Shown here piece after piece: positions 26,902 through 39,754 of a stretch of 64,000 bases of DNA. Below the pieces are notes generated by a model. That model saw only the letters and a list, made by a program, of their open reading frames with translations, was not told where the DNA came from and did not search any database. The stretch lies in assembly GCA_951406725.2 (NCBI GenBank), contig OX597833.1, positions 50,716,001 to 50,780,000 of the forward strand, in the 5' to 3' direction. The DNA comes from Octopus vulgaris (Eukaryota). A program made the position numbers and the translations under genes. Positions within the stretch are counted from its first letter, which is position 1. Each line of letters begins with the position of its first letter.

Positions 26902-26938
<37 letters not shown>

Positions 26939-27504
26939 AGTACATTCTCCTTCATATGCATTTATACATAAATACATACATATGTACACATATTTACTCA
27001 TATATACATACATACTTATATATATATACATATATATACATAGATTGATATTTACTCATAATATAAATACATACATACATATATATATATATATGTATGT
27101 ATATATATACATGTGCATATATGCTTATACATAGATCAATATAAACATATGCACATACATACATACACGTTTAGTGTATGTGTGTCCCTACCAGTATCTC
27201 TGAGTGTGTGTGTGTATGTGTGCATATGTGTCTTTCTCCTGAATTTTGTTTTCCAATACGTCTCATTCACCCTGCTTGTATTTTTCCGTAGACAAACATA
27301 CCTTCTAAGTTATGGAAGTAGCGTTTATCAATGGATGCGGGCATATAACGAAATGCGTACTTTCAACATCTTCACAACCTAGCACACACATGCATTCATA
27401 TATAACTCATGCAGAGATGCACACATATATATACGTATATAGAGACAGGTATCTATTTATCTGCCTATCTCTTTATCTATCTACCTATCTACCTACCTAC
27501 CTAT

Positions 27505-27578
<74 letters not shown>

Positions 27579-27597
27579 GTCTGTCTATCTATCTATC

Positions 27598-27628
<31 letters not shown>

Positions 27629-27648
27629 CTATCTATTTATCTATCCCT

Positions 27649-27680
<32 letters not shown>

Positions 27681-27689
27681 CTCTCCCTC

Positions 27690-27728
<39 letters not shown>

Positions 27729-28460
27729 ATACATACATGCATATGCATGTATATATCTAGATATACAAATATATGTACATTTATATACATATACGTACAT
27801 ATGTATATATATATACACTAATATATATCTATATATATGTGCATATATATATACATACATATATATATACATACATATATATATACATACATATATACAT
27901 AGATATATATGTATACATTCATATATATATATGTATATGTACATATATATATATATATATTTGTGTGCGTGAGTGTGTATGTGTGTGTGTGTGTTTGTGT
28001 GCATGACGAAAAAAAATGCAATTTCTGAATGACAGTAGCGGTTGAAGGACACTTGTTGCACAATTATTCGGCTGGTAGGTTTGAATGCTTGTGTATATGT
28101 GGATATGAACTTGTGAGCACGTGTCAGAATGTGTATATGAGTATGTGTGTATTTGCCTATATATGTATGCCTATATGTGTTTATGTGTGTACATATATAT
28201 ATATATATGTATGTAGCTATATGAATGTATATATGTGAACATGTGCGCTCTTGTGCCTAACGTATCGTTTAAAATGGCTTGCGTCCATTGGTGTACGTAT
28301 TTCTGTACGCTATCAATGATTCAATGATTCTATATTAAGTTCTTCTGGAACAATTACAGAAACTACAGCTTCCGTAACAGTGAATAACTGAGATTGCCCC
28401 AAAGGCTCACACCGGATGAAGCATATATGCCACATAGAACTACAGGGACATACATTATCT

Positions 28461-28504
<44 letters not shown>

Positions 28505-28535
28505 TATCTGTATATACCCAAATGTATGGGTGTGC

Positions 28536-28606
<71 letters not shown>

Positions 28607-28608
28607 TG

Positions 28609-28657
<49 letters not shown>

Positions 28658-28804
28658 CAAAATTTTAGATTCAGCTGAATATGCTACTTAAGTTGAGGCA
28701 CCAGAATTTAGTATGGTATTATCAATACAAATTCAAAGTCAGGTGACTGTTGCTTATTTTGATTTTAAATATATGTATATGTATATACATTTATGTGTTT
28801 ATAT

Positions 28805-29190
28805 AGGTTCAGGAGTGGCTGTGTGGTAAGTAGCTTGCTTACCAAGCACACGGTTCCGGGTTCAGTCCAACTGCATGGCACCTTTGGCAAGTGTCTTCCT
28901 TCTACTATATCCTCGGGCCGACCAAAGCCTTGTGAGTGGATTTGCTAGACGGAAACTGAAAAGAAGCCCGTCGTATATATGTATATGTATACATATGTGT
29001 GTGTTTGTGTGTCTGTGTTTGTCCCACCAACATTGCTTGACAACCGATGCTGGTGTGTTTACATCCCCGTAACTTAGTAAGCCTAGTACTTATTCTAAGA
29101 ATAAGTCCTGGGGTCGATTTTCTCGACTAAAGGCGGTGCTCCAACATGGCAACAGTCAAATGACTGAGATAAATAAAAGAGTAAAAGAGA
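28805..29190 (+). mobile_element. SINE family B
   Basis: caggagtggctgtgtggtaagtagcttgcttacc..aggcggtgctccaacatggcaacagtcaaatgactgag. Confidence 0.92.
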
Positions 29191-31637
29191 GTATATATAC
29201 ATATATATAAAAATACATATACACATACAAACTCACACACATATACATATATAGATATGTGTGTGTGTATGCATGTATATATATATACATAAATATATAT
29301 ATATATATATATATTGCCACACACAGACGCGCACACACATGCCCAAATTAAAAGATACAAACATCCTTGCATGCCTGAGTAAGTGTATATGTGTGTGCGT
29401 GTGTGTCAGCCTGTTTGTGAGTGCGCGTGCACGTGTGCACATGTTGCAAGCTCAGGATTTTGCCCTATTTTGCCTTACTTCTTTCCCTATGAATAGTTCA
29501 TCTTCAGTTGATAATATTCACATGACCATATCCCTCCGAATACCTTTCTGAAACAACCTTGCCTTAATAGTTAAACAATGAGACGTATTTGGCGTCAACT
29601 AATCTCTGTGGCTGTCTGAAATATATTTTTGTTATAGAAATATCATTTTTCACATGCGAAATGAATGGCTTCTCATATAAAATAATATATCGTAACACAT
29701 TTGTATTCATTTCGACAGTACTCATAATTCTTTTTTGCAGCATGATGTTTATGTATTAGTCTTTTTAATTTACATTTGGATCCACAAAGATAATCATCCC
29801 CGACCTCAATATTGCAATTTGCTACGCGTATGCAAATGGCGACGATCTTATGTCCCGTGCTTCAATCATTCGTTATGCTAGTTGATATATAACATTAGTC
29901 TTCCGAATATGCAGCCTGGTATTTTAAAACACTAATTATTTTTAATTCAGTAAAAATAAGTAGGTTTTTAGGCTATTGCCCATATTTATCATTTTTAGTT
30001 TTCCTGCATTTAATTAGGTCGTGGAGATAGTACGATTTTGAAAGCACAGGAATACGATAAAGAAATCTATTTGATGTGACATTTTAAAAAATCCATGAAT
30101 TTAGTATGCTACCATGAGCTTGGATCTTTCTCATCTATCTTTCCCTTATTATACTTATGTCTTATTTATAGGTTTTTGGAATATCGATTTCTTTTTACGC
30201 TATGAGAGGAAACCGCACTAAATTTTGATGAGTTTTCAAACTTAATTTCATGTAAAAACCGTCTCATATTTTGGGTGACAGTCTTTGTGAGCAGATACCG
30301 AGTCGTGTTGAAAAATGTGTCGCCTTCCACTGTGTACTTCGCTACTCACTGCTCCTTAAACTACCTGAATTGCTAGAGGTTTAGTGTGTATCACTTTGGA
30401 AACATCAGAAGGATCTGCACATAACCATTTGTCTTCTTATGTTAAACTTTTATAGTCTTGGTCAAACGTTTTCTCTTCAAAGAATAGCCAAAGAAGCGAG
30501 CTATGTTCATGAGGGTTTTTAAGTTTGATAAACATTCGCTTGGTACAGATCGAACAGTTTTCCTATATCTTTGTAAATATGAATTGGCCAACCCTCTGAA
30601 ATTACGACCTGTATTGAACGATCTCGTGCAACGCAGTTTAGTACTTCACTCCAACAACTGAAGTATTTTGGCAAAGGACTTCATTGATATTCAGGATTTA
30701 TCAACAATGATATTTCGCAAACTTTGGACGAACTTCGGTGTCTATATAGTGTCCGAACGTTCCGAATGAGTTTTTTTCCCCTCTGTCTTTCACACAATTG
30801 AATTATTGTCGCCAGTATCCTCCAATTTCATCAGAACTTCGTTTACAAAAGATCTCGCAAGATTTACAAAACTGACATATGGTAACAAACGATGGCGTAT
30901 CTTTCTTTCTTTGTATTAGCATGCCATACGCCTAAAGGATATCTGAAAGAAAACAAAACCGTCTAATTGGTTAAGAATGATTAACATACACATCATTAAG
31001 TGCCTCAGTGCATCTATTACGTTGTTGGCTAATATTAGATAAAATTTTTGTTAACATCTTCATCAGATTTTAATCTCCATATTAAATATAAAACAAAGTT
31101 GTTTAGGGAGTGTTGAGCCTTTACGATCTAGCCAATGTGTGTAACAACTTCCAAGATAATGTGCAAATATAAATTATTTTAAATGTTCCTATGATATTTC
31201 TTCTGGCATCTGTATTATCTCAACATATAAAGAGAAAAATTCAGGGTGGTTATAGTAATAGCTCTTACGGACGTATCACAAACGCTTATACAGATGATTT
31301 ATCATATTGATCTAGTTTTATCAAATTAATCGCATCATACCTGGTCTCCGTGCGTGACCTATTTACTTTTACAGGTTTTGCTGATGGTTTAGTGATATTA
31401 CATGTAGAAATTCTTTGATAAAAGCTATAAAAGTGTTGCCGAACGAAGAATTGATAAATTATTTCTCTGTTTGGCTCTTATCAATGACTATCAGAGAAGG
31501 GAGATAACCTAAGTGTAGATTAACAACATGCCCACAGTCTGTAACGCTTTTACACTATCAAGCATATCCCGATATTCTCACACAATCGCATCTACACGCT
31601 TTAAAAAATTTTAACAAATATATCTAACAAAATGTGC

Positions 31638-31778
31638 GTAAGTAGCTTGCTCACCAACCACATGGTTCCGGGTTCAGTCCCACTGCGTGGAATCTTGGAC
31701 AAGTGTCTTCTATTATAGCCTCGGGCCGACCAAAGCCTTGTGAGTGGATTTGGTAGGCGGAAACTGAAGGAAACCCGT

Positions 31779-31816
<38 letters not shown>

Positions 31817-32487
31817 TGTATGTATGTGTGTGTTTATGTGTCTATGTTTGTCCCCCACAACATCGCTTGACAACCGGTGCTGGTGCGTTTACATCCCCGT
31901 AACTTAGCGGTTCGGCAAAAGAGATCGACATAATAAGTACTAGGCTTACAAAGAATAAGTCCTGGGTGTCGATTTGCTCGACTAAAGGCGGTGCTCCAGC
32001 ATGGCCACAGTCAAATTACTGAAAAGATTCATTGTGGTGATAGAGTCCACTAAAGGCAATCGCATTCTGCACTAGGCAGGTATGTCTCCAGGAGGCGCAA
32101 GAGTAGCTGTGAGGTAAGTAGCTTGTTTACCAACCACATGGTTCCGGGTTCAGTCCCACTGCGTGGCCCATTGGGCAAGTGTCTTCTACTATAGCCTCGG
32201 GCCGACCAAAGCCTTGTGAATGGATTTCATAGACGCAAACTGAAAGAAGCCCGTCGTATATATGTATATATGTGTGTGTGTGTATGTGTTTGTGTGTCTG
32301 TGTTTGTCCCCCACAACATCGCTTGACAACCGGTGCTGATGCGTTTACATCCCCGTAACTTAGCGGTTCGGCAAAAGAACCGATAGAATAAGTACTAGGC
32401 TTACAAAGGATAAGTCCTGGGGGTCGATTTGCTCGACTAAAGGCGGTGCTCCAGCATGGCCACAGTCAAATGACTGAAACAAGTAAA
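31638..32487 (+). mobile_element. Two tandem SINE family B copies (31638-32025 and 32094-32487)
   Basis: Both carry the B body and tail and share variants (cacaacatcgcttgacaaccggtgc; gcgtttacatcccc; catggccacag). Confidence 0.92.
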
Positions 32488-32559
32488 AAAAATAGAAGTA
32501 AATATACACATTCGCACATACATCCATATATATATATATATACATATATATATAATCAT

Positions 32560-33775
32560 TTTTAATGTAGGCACAATATCTGAAATTCAGGAAAGAGGGC
32601 TGGTCTATTACATCGACCCCTGTGATCAACTGGTACTTATTTTATCGACTCCGAAATGATGAAATGTAACGTCGACCTCGGCGGAATTTGAACTCAAAAT
32701 ATAAAGACGGACGAAATGCCGCTAAATATTTTTCCGGCGTACTAGCGATTCTTTTCTACGCTAGGCACATGGCCCGACATTTGGGGGAAGGGGGCCAGTC
32801 GATTAAATCGACCCAAGTGCGCAACTGGTACTTAATTTATCGACCCTGAAAGGATGAAAGGCAATGTCAAACTCTGCGGAATTTGAACTCAGAACGTAAA
32901 GACAGACGAAATAACTATATCGACGCACTGGGGTCGATATAATCGACTTAATTCGTTTATCTGTCCTTGTTTATCCTCTCCGTGTTTAGCCCCTTGTGGG
33001 TAGTAAAGAAATAGGTATTTTGTTTCTCTTCACGTTCTGAGTTCAAATTTCGCCGAGGTTGACTTTGCCTTTCATCCTTTCGGGGGCGATAAATTAAGTT
33101 GTACTAGTTACCAGTTTCGTACTGTGATCGACTGGTATTCTCCCTCAAATTTCGGGCTTTTTGCCTTGAGTAGAAAAGCATATAAACTTAATTTAAGTCG
33201 GTGAGCTGGCAGAAACGTTAGCACGCCGGGCGAAATGCGTAGCCGTATTACGCTTGCCGTTACGTACTGAGTTCAAATTCCACTGAGGTCGACTTATTTA
33301 ATCGACTTTTCGGGGTCGATTAAATAAGTACCAGTTACGCACTGGGGTCGATATAATCAATTTAATCCGTTTGTCTGTCCTTGTTTGTCCTCTCTGTGTT
33401 TAGCCCCTTGTGGGTAGTAAAGAAATAGGTATTTCACCTGTCTTTACGTTCTGTGCTCAAATTCCGCCTAGGCCGACTTTGCTTTTCATCCTTTTGTGGT
33501 TGATAAATTATGTACCATTTGCGTACTGTGGTCGATCTAATCGACTGGCCCCTTCCCAGAAATTTCGGGCCTTGTGCCCAGAGTAGAAAAGAATGCTTAG
33601 CAGTATTTCACCTGTCTGTACTCTCTGAGTTCAAATTCCGCCGATGTGGACTTTGCTGTTCATCCTTTTGGGGTCGATAAATTAAGTACTAGTTGTTTAC
33701 AGGGTCGATCCAATCGACCGACTGACCCCCACCACTCCAAAAATTTCAGGCCTTGTGCCTAGAGTAGAAAAGAAT
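32560..33775. mobile_element. Cluster of SINE family A units (minus ~32560-32915; plus ~32922-33775)
   Basis: At least seven partial or whole A bodies (gagttcaaattccgccgaggtcgactttg..gtcgataaattaagtac) with tail types 1 and 2. Confidence 0.9.
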
Positions 33776-34680
33776 ATTTACATAATTTTCTATAATTTTA
33801 CATAATTATGGAATACCGATATAAAATTATATAAGGATGTTTTGAAGAGTCACGAGATGTTCTCTTGCATTTTGTTTCTTTTCCGTCGGAACTGAACCAA
33901 AATGGATTGTACCCCGGTTCTTTGTAGTGCCACCAAATCTTTTGAGGCTAGATATTGATTTTGAAATAGTTATGAATTTATGTAGGATGATGCTTGCAGA
34001 GAATACTGTAGTCGTGAATCGAATTCAAGTAGTGTCTGCATGTACCATTCATGACTATGAATGGTTGAGAGAAGAGCTATTAGTTTACTGTTTGTTAAGT
34101 AACACAATGGAGTGGGGGTGATGAGAGAGGAAGAGGAAAAGGAAGAAGATGTCTGTAAGTTAATGGTTCCTGAGTGAATATTTACCGATATTGAATAAAT
34201 ATTTGCATTTCGTCCATCTTATGATTATAAATATAATTCTCTCGAGGAGATCAGATATGCACAATCATTTCCGCTTAAAATATTCAATGCTTTTGAAAAG
34301 AAACCCTAACTCTGAGTTTCCAGAGTTTCGTTTATGGTAATCCAAAAAATAAAACCAATTTACTACTGCTGGGATGTGGAATGAAAACATGGAAAAAACA
34401 AAAACAAAAACAAAAAAACATTCGAATACTCCAATACATAAACATAGGCTTATATATGCGATTTTTCACACGAAATAACAGAAACAATTAATATATGTAT
34501 ATACGCGTATGTACTGCTGAGATGGTGTATATATAAGCGCATCGTGTACATATTCCATTTGGTTAACCATTAACTAAGTGTATATGTGTCTATTTTTGTA
34601 GTCATATATGTAAACAGGCTGGCAGTGCTGTATAAATTCAAACATGAATTACTATATGCTGTATAAATACATATGCATAT

Positions 34681-34740
<60 letters not shown>

Positions 34741-34800
34741 ACGTTTGTCTGTCTGTCCTGTTTGTATGACTATTTCTCTTTCTCTCTCTTTCCTTCTCTT

Positions 34801-34863
<63 letters not shown>

Positions 34864-35182
34864 GTGTGTGAGTGTTGTGTTTGGGGGGGGGGCGGTGTGC
34901 ATGCATGTGTGTGTTATACAAATCTCTGTTGATTTACCAAAAGTGAATTACAGGACAAATGTAAAGCATTCTGTAATATATTACAGCTGAAAGTTTCCGA
35001 TCCCTCCCAGTCAATAGTTACCGATCATCGGTACATACATATATACATACATACATACATACATACATACATCCATACATACATACATACATACATACAC
35101 ACCTACACACTCTCACACAAACAAGCACATATATTATTATTGGTATTATTATTTTATTATCATCATTATTATTATTATTATT

Positions 35183-35605
35183 CAGTAGTTTTATTTTTAT
35201 TTTTATAGCGTGCTTTCACTTCACTACCGAGCGCAGCTCTGTGTGCCTTGGGTATGTGCTGTGATTTGTTGTGATGCTCTGATGGTTATTGTATGGAAAG
35301 TGTTCTGCGTAGGATGTGGTGCAGTGCCTAGTAGTGCAATTTTCTGTATGTTATATGTGTTTGTAAGTCCTGGTGTTTTTGTTATGTATTTGTCTGAATA
35401 TTTTTTTATCATGCCTAATGCACCTACTATGATAGGAATTGTTTCTGTTTTCAGATTCCACATTCTAGTTACCTCTATTTCCAGGTCTTTGTATTTTGAG
35501 AGTTTCTCCATTTCTTTTAGAGACACGTTGTCATCTGCCGGTACTGATACATCAATTAGAAAGCATTTTTTTTCTTCAAGGTCTCTGACAACTATATCTG
35601 CTATC
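35183..35605 (-). mobile_element. R4/Dong-type non-LTR retrotransposon 3' end with restriction-like endonuclease domain
   Basis: DIVVRDLEEKKCFLIDVSVPADDNVSLKEMEKLSKYKDLEIEVTRMWNLKTETIPIIVGALGMIKK..NIQKIALLGTA fits a (P)D..D..K-type RLE; flanked by (TAA)n. Confidence 0.9.
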
Positions 35606-35616
35606 TAATAATAATA

Positions 35617-35695
<79 letters not shown>

Positions 35696-35888
35696 GACGT
35701 CGCACAGTATACAATTTCGCGAAGTTGTTGATTGACGATATTGTGTCTCCCTGGGGTTGTTACTGTTTGTCCAGTCACAACAAGGACCTCAGAAAGACAG
35801 TACTTTACGCAATATGTGTGCAATTCCAAGTAATGGTGACTTTTGCAATATACCTATATTCTAAAGTATTTCGAACGTTTTCAGATTT
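35696..35888 (-). mobile_element. Second R4/Dong-type 3' fragment (different subfamily)
   Basis: Minus strand ILQKSPLLGIAHILRKVLSF* plus 3' UTR; (TAA)n on both sides. Confidence 0.72.
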
Positions 35889-35891
35889 ATG

Positions 35892-35966
<75 letters not shown>

Positions 35967-36011
35967 ATTATTATTATCATCATTATTATCATTATTATTA
36001 TTATTATTATT

Positions 36012-36570
36012 GAGTGAGAGAGCAGTGTATGCCATCAAAGTGACACTGGGGTATAATACATGAAGCCCAGTATACCCATCATGACTATTCGTCTGATAAG
36101 GGTACACCAGGCACATGCATCACAACCATATGTGCGCGACATGGTGATCTCATATCAAGATAAACAGCGCATGACCTTGCAGGTGGGGCCCAGTTAGAAT
36201 TTTCTTCTGGTCGAGTAGCCCATCCCGCTCAAAATTTCCCTGAATAAGTATTGTTTAAAGGATGTTGAACGAAACACCCATGTTTCCAAAAGTAAATTAT
36301 CCAAATCTCCAAGAATTCCTTTCAACACATGGTTATGAAGCTCCTCAACTACTTCTGCTCGTGATCAGAGATGCACATATCGTCAGCCACTAAGGGACAT
36401 GATTAACCGGTTAAGGTCAAACAACTGACAAGCAAATCTTTGGTATTGAGCAGAATATTTGCTGTAGCTCATCTTTTATACCAAGACAAAACAATGTACA
36501 TGATAACACTTCCAATCAGTTAAGATCAGAAGCCACGAGAGCCACTGCCTGGTACTGCATCAAGGCATTT
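36012..36570 (-). mobile_element. Element D: ~560-bp non-coding interspersed repeat embedded in (TAA)n
   Basis: Homologous pieces at 5235-5368 and 49408-49601; bounded by TAA repeats; no recognisable ORF. Confidence 0.8.
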
Positions 36571-36610
36571 ATTATTGTTGTTGTTGTTATTATTATTACT
36601 ATTATTATTA

Positions 36611-36698
<88 letters not shown>

Positions 36699-36700
<2 letters not shown>

Positions 36701-37052
36701 GTTTGACTTTTGCTTTATGTCTGTACAAGTTGGCTCCAAGTCTCACCCAGAGACCTCAAGAGACAACAGGTTGGAAGTTCACGTTGTTGTTATGCCTAAT
36801 GTGCCATATATTTGGGGGGTTTTTTGTTGTACTAGTGAATGTCTAATACATAAAAAAAAAATTTTGTTTTAAACCTTGGGATTACATAGAGAGCATTTTG
36901 CGTAGGATATGAGCAGTTACCAGGAGCACTATCTTTTGAATTTCTGCCATTTTGGGGTTTCCTGGTATCTGAGTTAGGTAGCAATCAGTTCCTTTCGCTA
37001 TCATTCCCAGGGCACCTATGGCAACAGGTATTGTTTTAGTCTTCAGCTTCCA

Positions 37053-37055
<3 letters not shown>
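36699..37055 (-). mobile_element. Third R4/Dong-type 3' fragment
   Basis: 37055-36882 reads MWKLKTKTIPVAIGALGMIAKGTDCYLTQIPGNPKMAEIQKIVLLVTAHILRKMLSM*; (TAA)n flanks. Confidence 0.87.
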
Positions 37056-37126
<71 letters not shown>

Positions 37127-38499
37127 TTATTATTTTTTTATTATTATTATTATTATTTTTATTTTTACTATTATTAGTAGTAGTATTATTGTCGTTGTTG
37201 TTATTTTATTATCACTGCATGCATTTCGTCACCCCATCCACATTCATGCAGATATATCTGATCTGCCTGCATGCCTGCATGGTCTTAAATCCGTATGCGA
37301 ATTACACAAGAGAAATTGATGTTAAAAATCCCAGCCTCAGCACAAATTCAAGCGACTGCAGTTGTTCAAGAAATAAATATGAAGGCAAATTAAATTTTTC
37401 AACCACGATATAGCCTTCCGTTGAAATAACTACGCTAATTGACACAACATCAAAACTGCAACAACAAAACTAACAACAACAACAACAACAACAACAATAA
37501 AAAAAATGTTATCGATAAAGTATAACGTGTGTGTAACTTCATTGATATAAACAGGACGAAAAAATATTTATTGATAAATGGTGGATGGAAAAAAATGATA
37601 GAGAAGTGTAAAGAGATGGGGGTGAAAAAAAATAGAAAGCTTGACAGTGTAACATGAAAATATGAAATTAGTTTTTAACGATTAGGAGACATAAGATATT
37701 TAGTGTTTTATCAAGAATGAAATATTGAAAAATTAACTGAAATATCTAAAAATATTTGAGACGACCAATAGAATTAACCATGTTGAAATAATGTGTAAAA
37801 CGTTTTGCTATAAATCATTTGGAATGTGGACAGAAGATGGCAAACATACATTTCTTTAAGGAAGGTCATTTCTATTAATATCCTCAGTTCTTCTCTCGTT
37901 TATTCGTTTTTCTTTTGGGTTCCGATGAGAATCAATCTATCAAGTTACGTACGATAAGTCTTGAAATTCTTTGCAGTAAAGATAAATTTAAAACAATAAT
38001 AATAACTGCTTAAATTATCATGGGGAAATATTTGTTTGCCAGAGAAAAATACATGGCTATATTAATGATTTCACGTCATCGTAATATTCAATATATAAAA
38101 GTTACAAATTGCAGGATAGTTTTTTTAAAATGTTACATACAATCAATGCGGATCCCTTAATTTAAGAGAACGGAGAAGCAAGAAGACTCGGTTCGATATC
38201 TGAGAAGGAAAGGAAATGTAAATCATATATAATTTATTACAAAAGAAAATACTCTTTTATCCAAGAAACACATTGACGACAATGGCGACTAATTTACATA
38301 TATGACGTTGAAAAATATTGAAGAAAAATAATGGCGCAATGTAAATTTTCTGTCTGTCTACGGTCTCACACTTCACACTCCTTCCCGCGTTCTCTCTATT
38401 CTCTACTCTCCGCATACTCCTTACATCTCTTGCTTCTCTCCCTCGCTCACTCCCTCCCTCCCCCTCTCCCTCCTGTTTATATCGTAGTTATAATATGAT

Positions 38500-38832
38500 A
38501 TTCTCTTCTACTCTAGGCCCGAAATTTTGGGGAGGGTGCCAGTCAATTATATCGAACCCAGAACACACAATTGGTACTAAATTTATCGACCCCCGAAAGG
38601 ATGAAAAGGCAAAGTCGACCGCGGAGGAATTTGAACTCAGAACGTAACGGCAGACGAAATACCCGTTTCGTTACAGCCCACAAGGAGCTAAACAAAGAGA
38701 GGACAAACAAGGACAGACAAACGGATTAAGTTGATTATATCGACCCCAGTGCGTAACTGGTACTTATTTAATCGACCCCGAAAGGATGAAAGGCAAACTC
38801 GACCTCCGCAGAATTTGAACTGAGAACGTAAC
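38500..38832 (-). mobile_element. SINE family A dimer (headless)
   Basis: Two bodies; tail 1 internal, tail 2 terminal (ttctactctaggcccgaaattttgggg). Confidence 0.88.
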
Positions 38833-38977
38833 GAGATTCTTTGAACGGGTACGGCCTCCAATTCGAATGTGTACACTGACCATCTGGACAAACTATATAC
38901 AGCTAACCACAAGACGCGTCCCATCACTTGTTAACCATGAGGCCGTTTTCTTCAATCAAGACAATGCCAGATCCCAA
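38833..38977 (+). pseudogene. mariner transposase fragment
   Basis: NSNVYTDHLDKLYTANHKTRP/SLVNHEAVFFNQDNARSQ (one frameshift) matches mariner INS..Y..qL.rL..a....RP.l......fhqDNArpH. Confidence 0.75.
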
Positions 38978-39078
38978 GAGGACATGCAACCCGCATCCGA
39001 TATAATACAGAGATGGGGCTAAAAAGCGCAGTAACGTCCGTTCATACGGAACAATCACGTTGAGGTGTCAACAAACAT

Positions 39079-39155
<77 letters not shown>

Positions 39156-39281
39156 TAGATAGATAGATATATATAGATATAGATATAAATATATATATAT
39201 ATCTACATATGTGTCTGTATAGATAGATTATCTGTATATATTATACATACATAGACATCATATATGTATATGTGCGTGTGG

Positions 39282-39317
<36 letters not shown>

Positions 39318-39414
39318 GTCTATGCATGTGTGTTTAGGATGCAATACTCACAGGTGGCGCGTCTTTCGCAAGAGATCTGCTATATTGTTAAATGCGAACA
39401 ATAATTATAATAAT

Positions 39415-39630
39415 AATCCTTTCTGCTATAGGCACAACGCCTGAAATTTTGAGGGAGGGGATTAGTCTATTACATCGACCCCAGTGTTTCACTGGTACTT
39501 AATGTATCAACCCCGAAAGGATGAAAAGCAAGGTCGACTCCGGCGACATTTGAACTCAGATCATATAGACCGAAGAAATGCTGCTAAGCATTTTCACCGG
39601 CGTGCTAACGACTCTGCCGTCTCACCGCTT
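39415..39630 (-). mobile_element. SINE family A (diverged, tail 2), followed by (TAA)n to ~39795
   Basis: ataggcacaacgcctgaaatttt..ccccgaaaggatgaaa..tttgaactcag..cgtgctaacgactctgcc. Confidence 0.85.
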
Positions 39631-39632
39631 TC

Positions 39633-39754
<122 letters not shown>

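Noticed and set aside
30200-30900. Possible very old transposase remnant
   Set aside because: I could not recover a convincing conserved motif in any frame.
31374-31508. Acceptor tttacttttacAG followed by ~44 open codons; isolated strong donors at ~13285, ~42416, ~51594 and ~63398 (minus)
   Set aside because: Isolated splice-like motifs are expected by chance in 64 kb; no homology or consistent exon chain.
32560-33775. CRISPR-like or satellite array
   Set aside because: The units are SINE A bodies in a eukaryotic context, with no constant short repeat and unique spacer structure.
36510-36570. U2 snRNA-like words at the 5' end of element D (tgcagtacc, tctg.tctta)
   Set aside because: Matches are under 11 nt and in the wrong order relative to U2.
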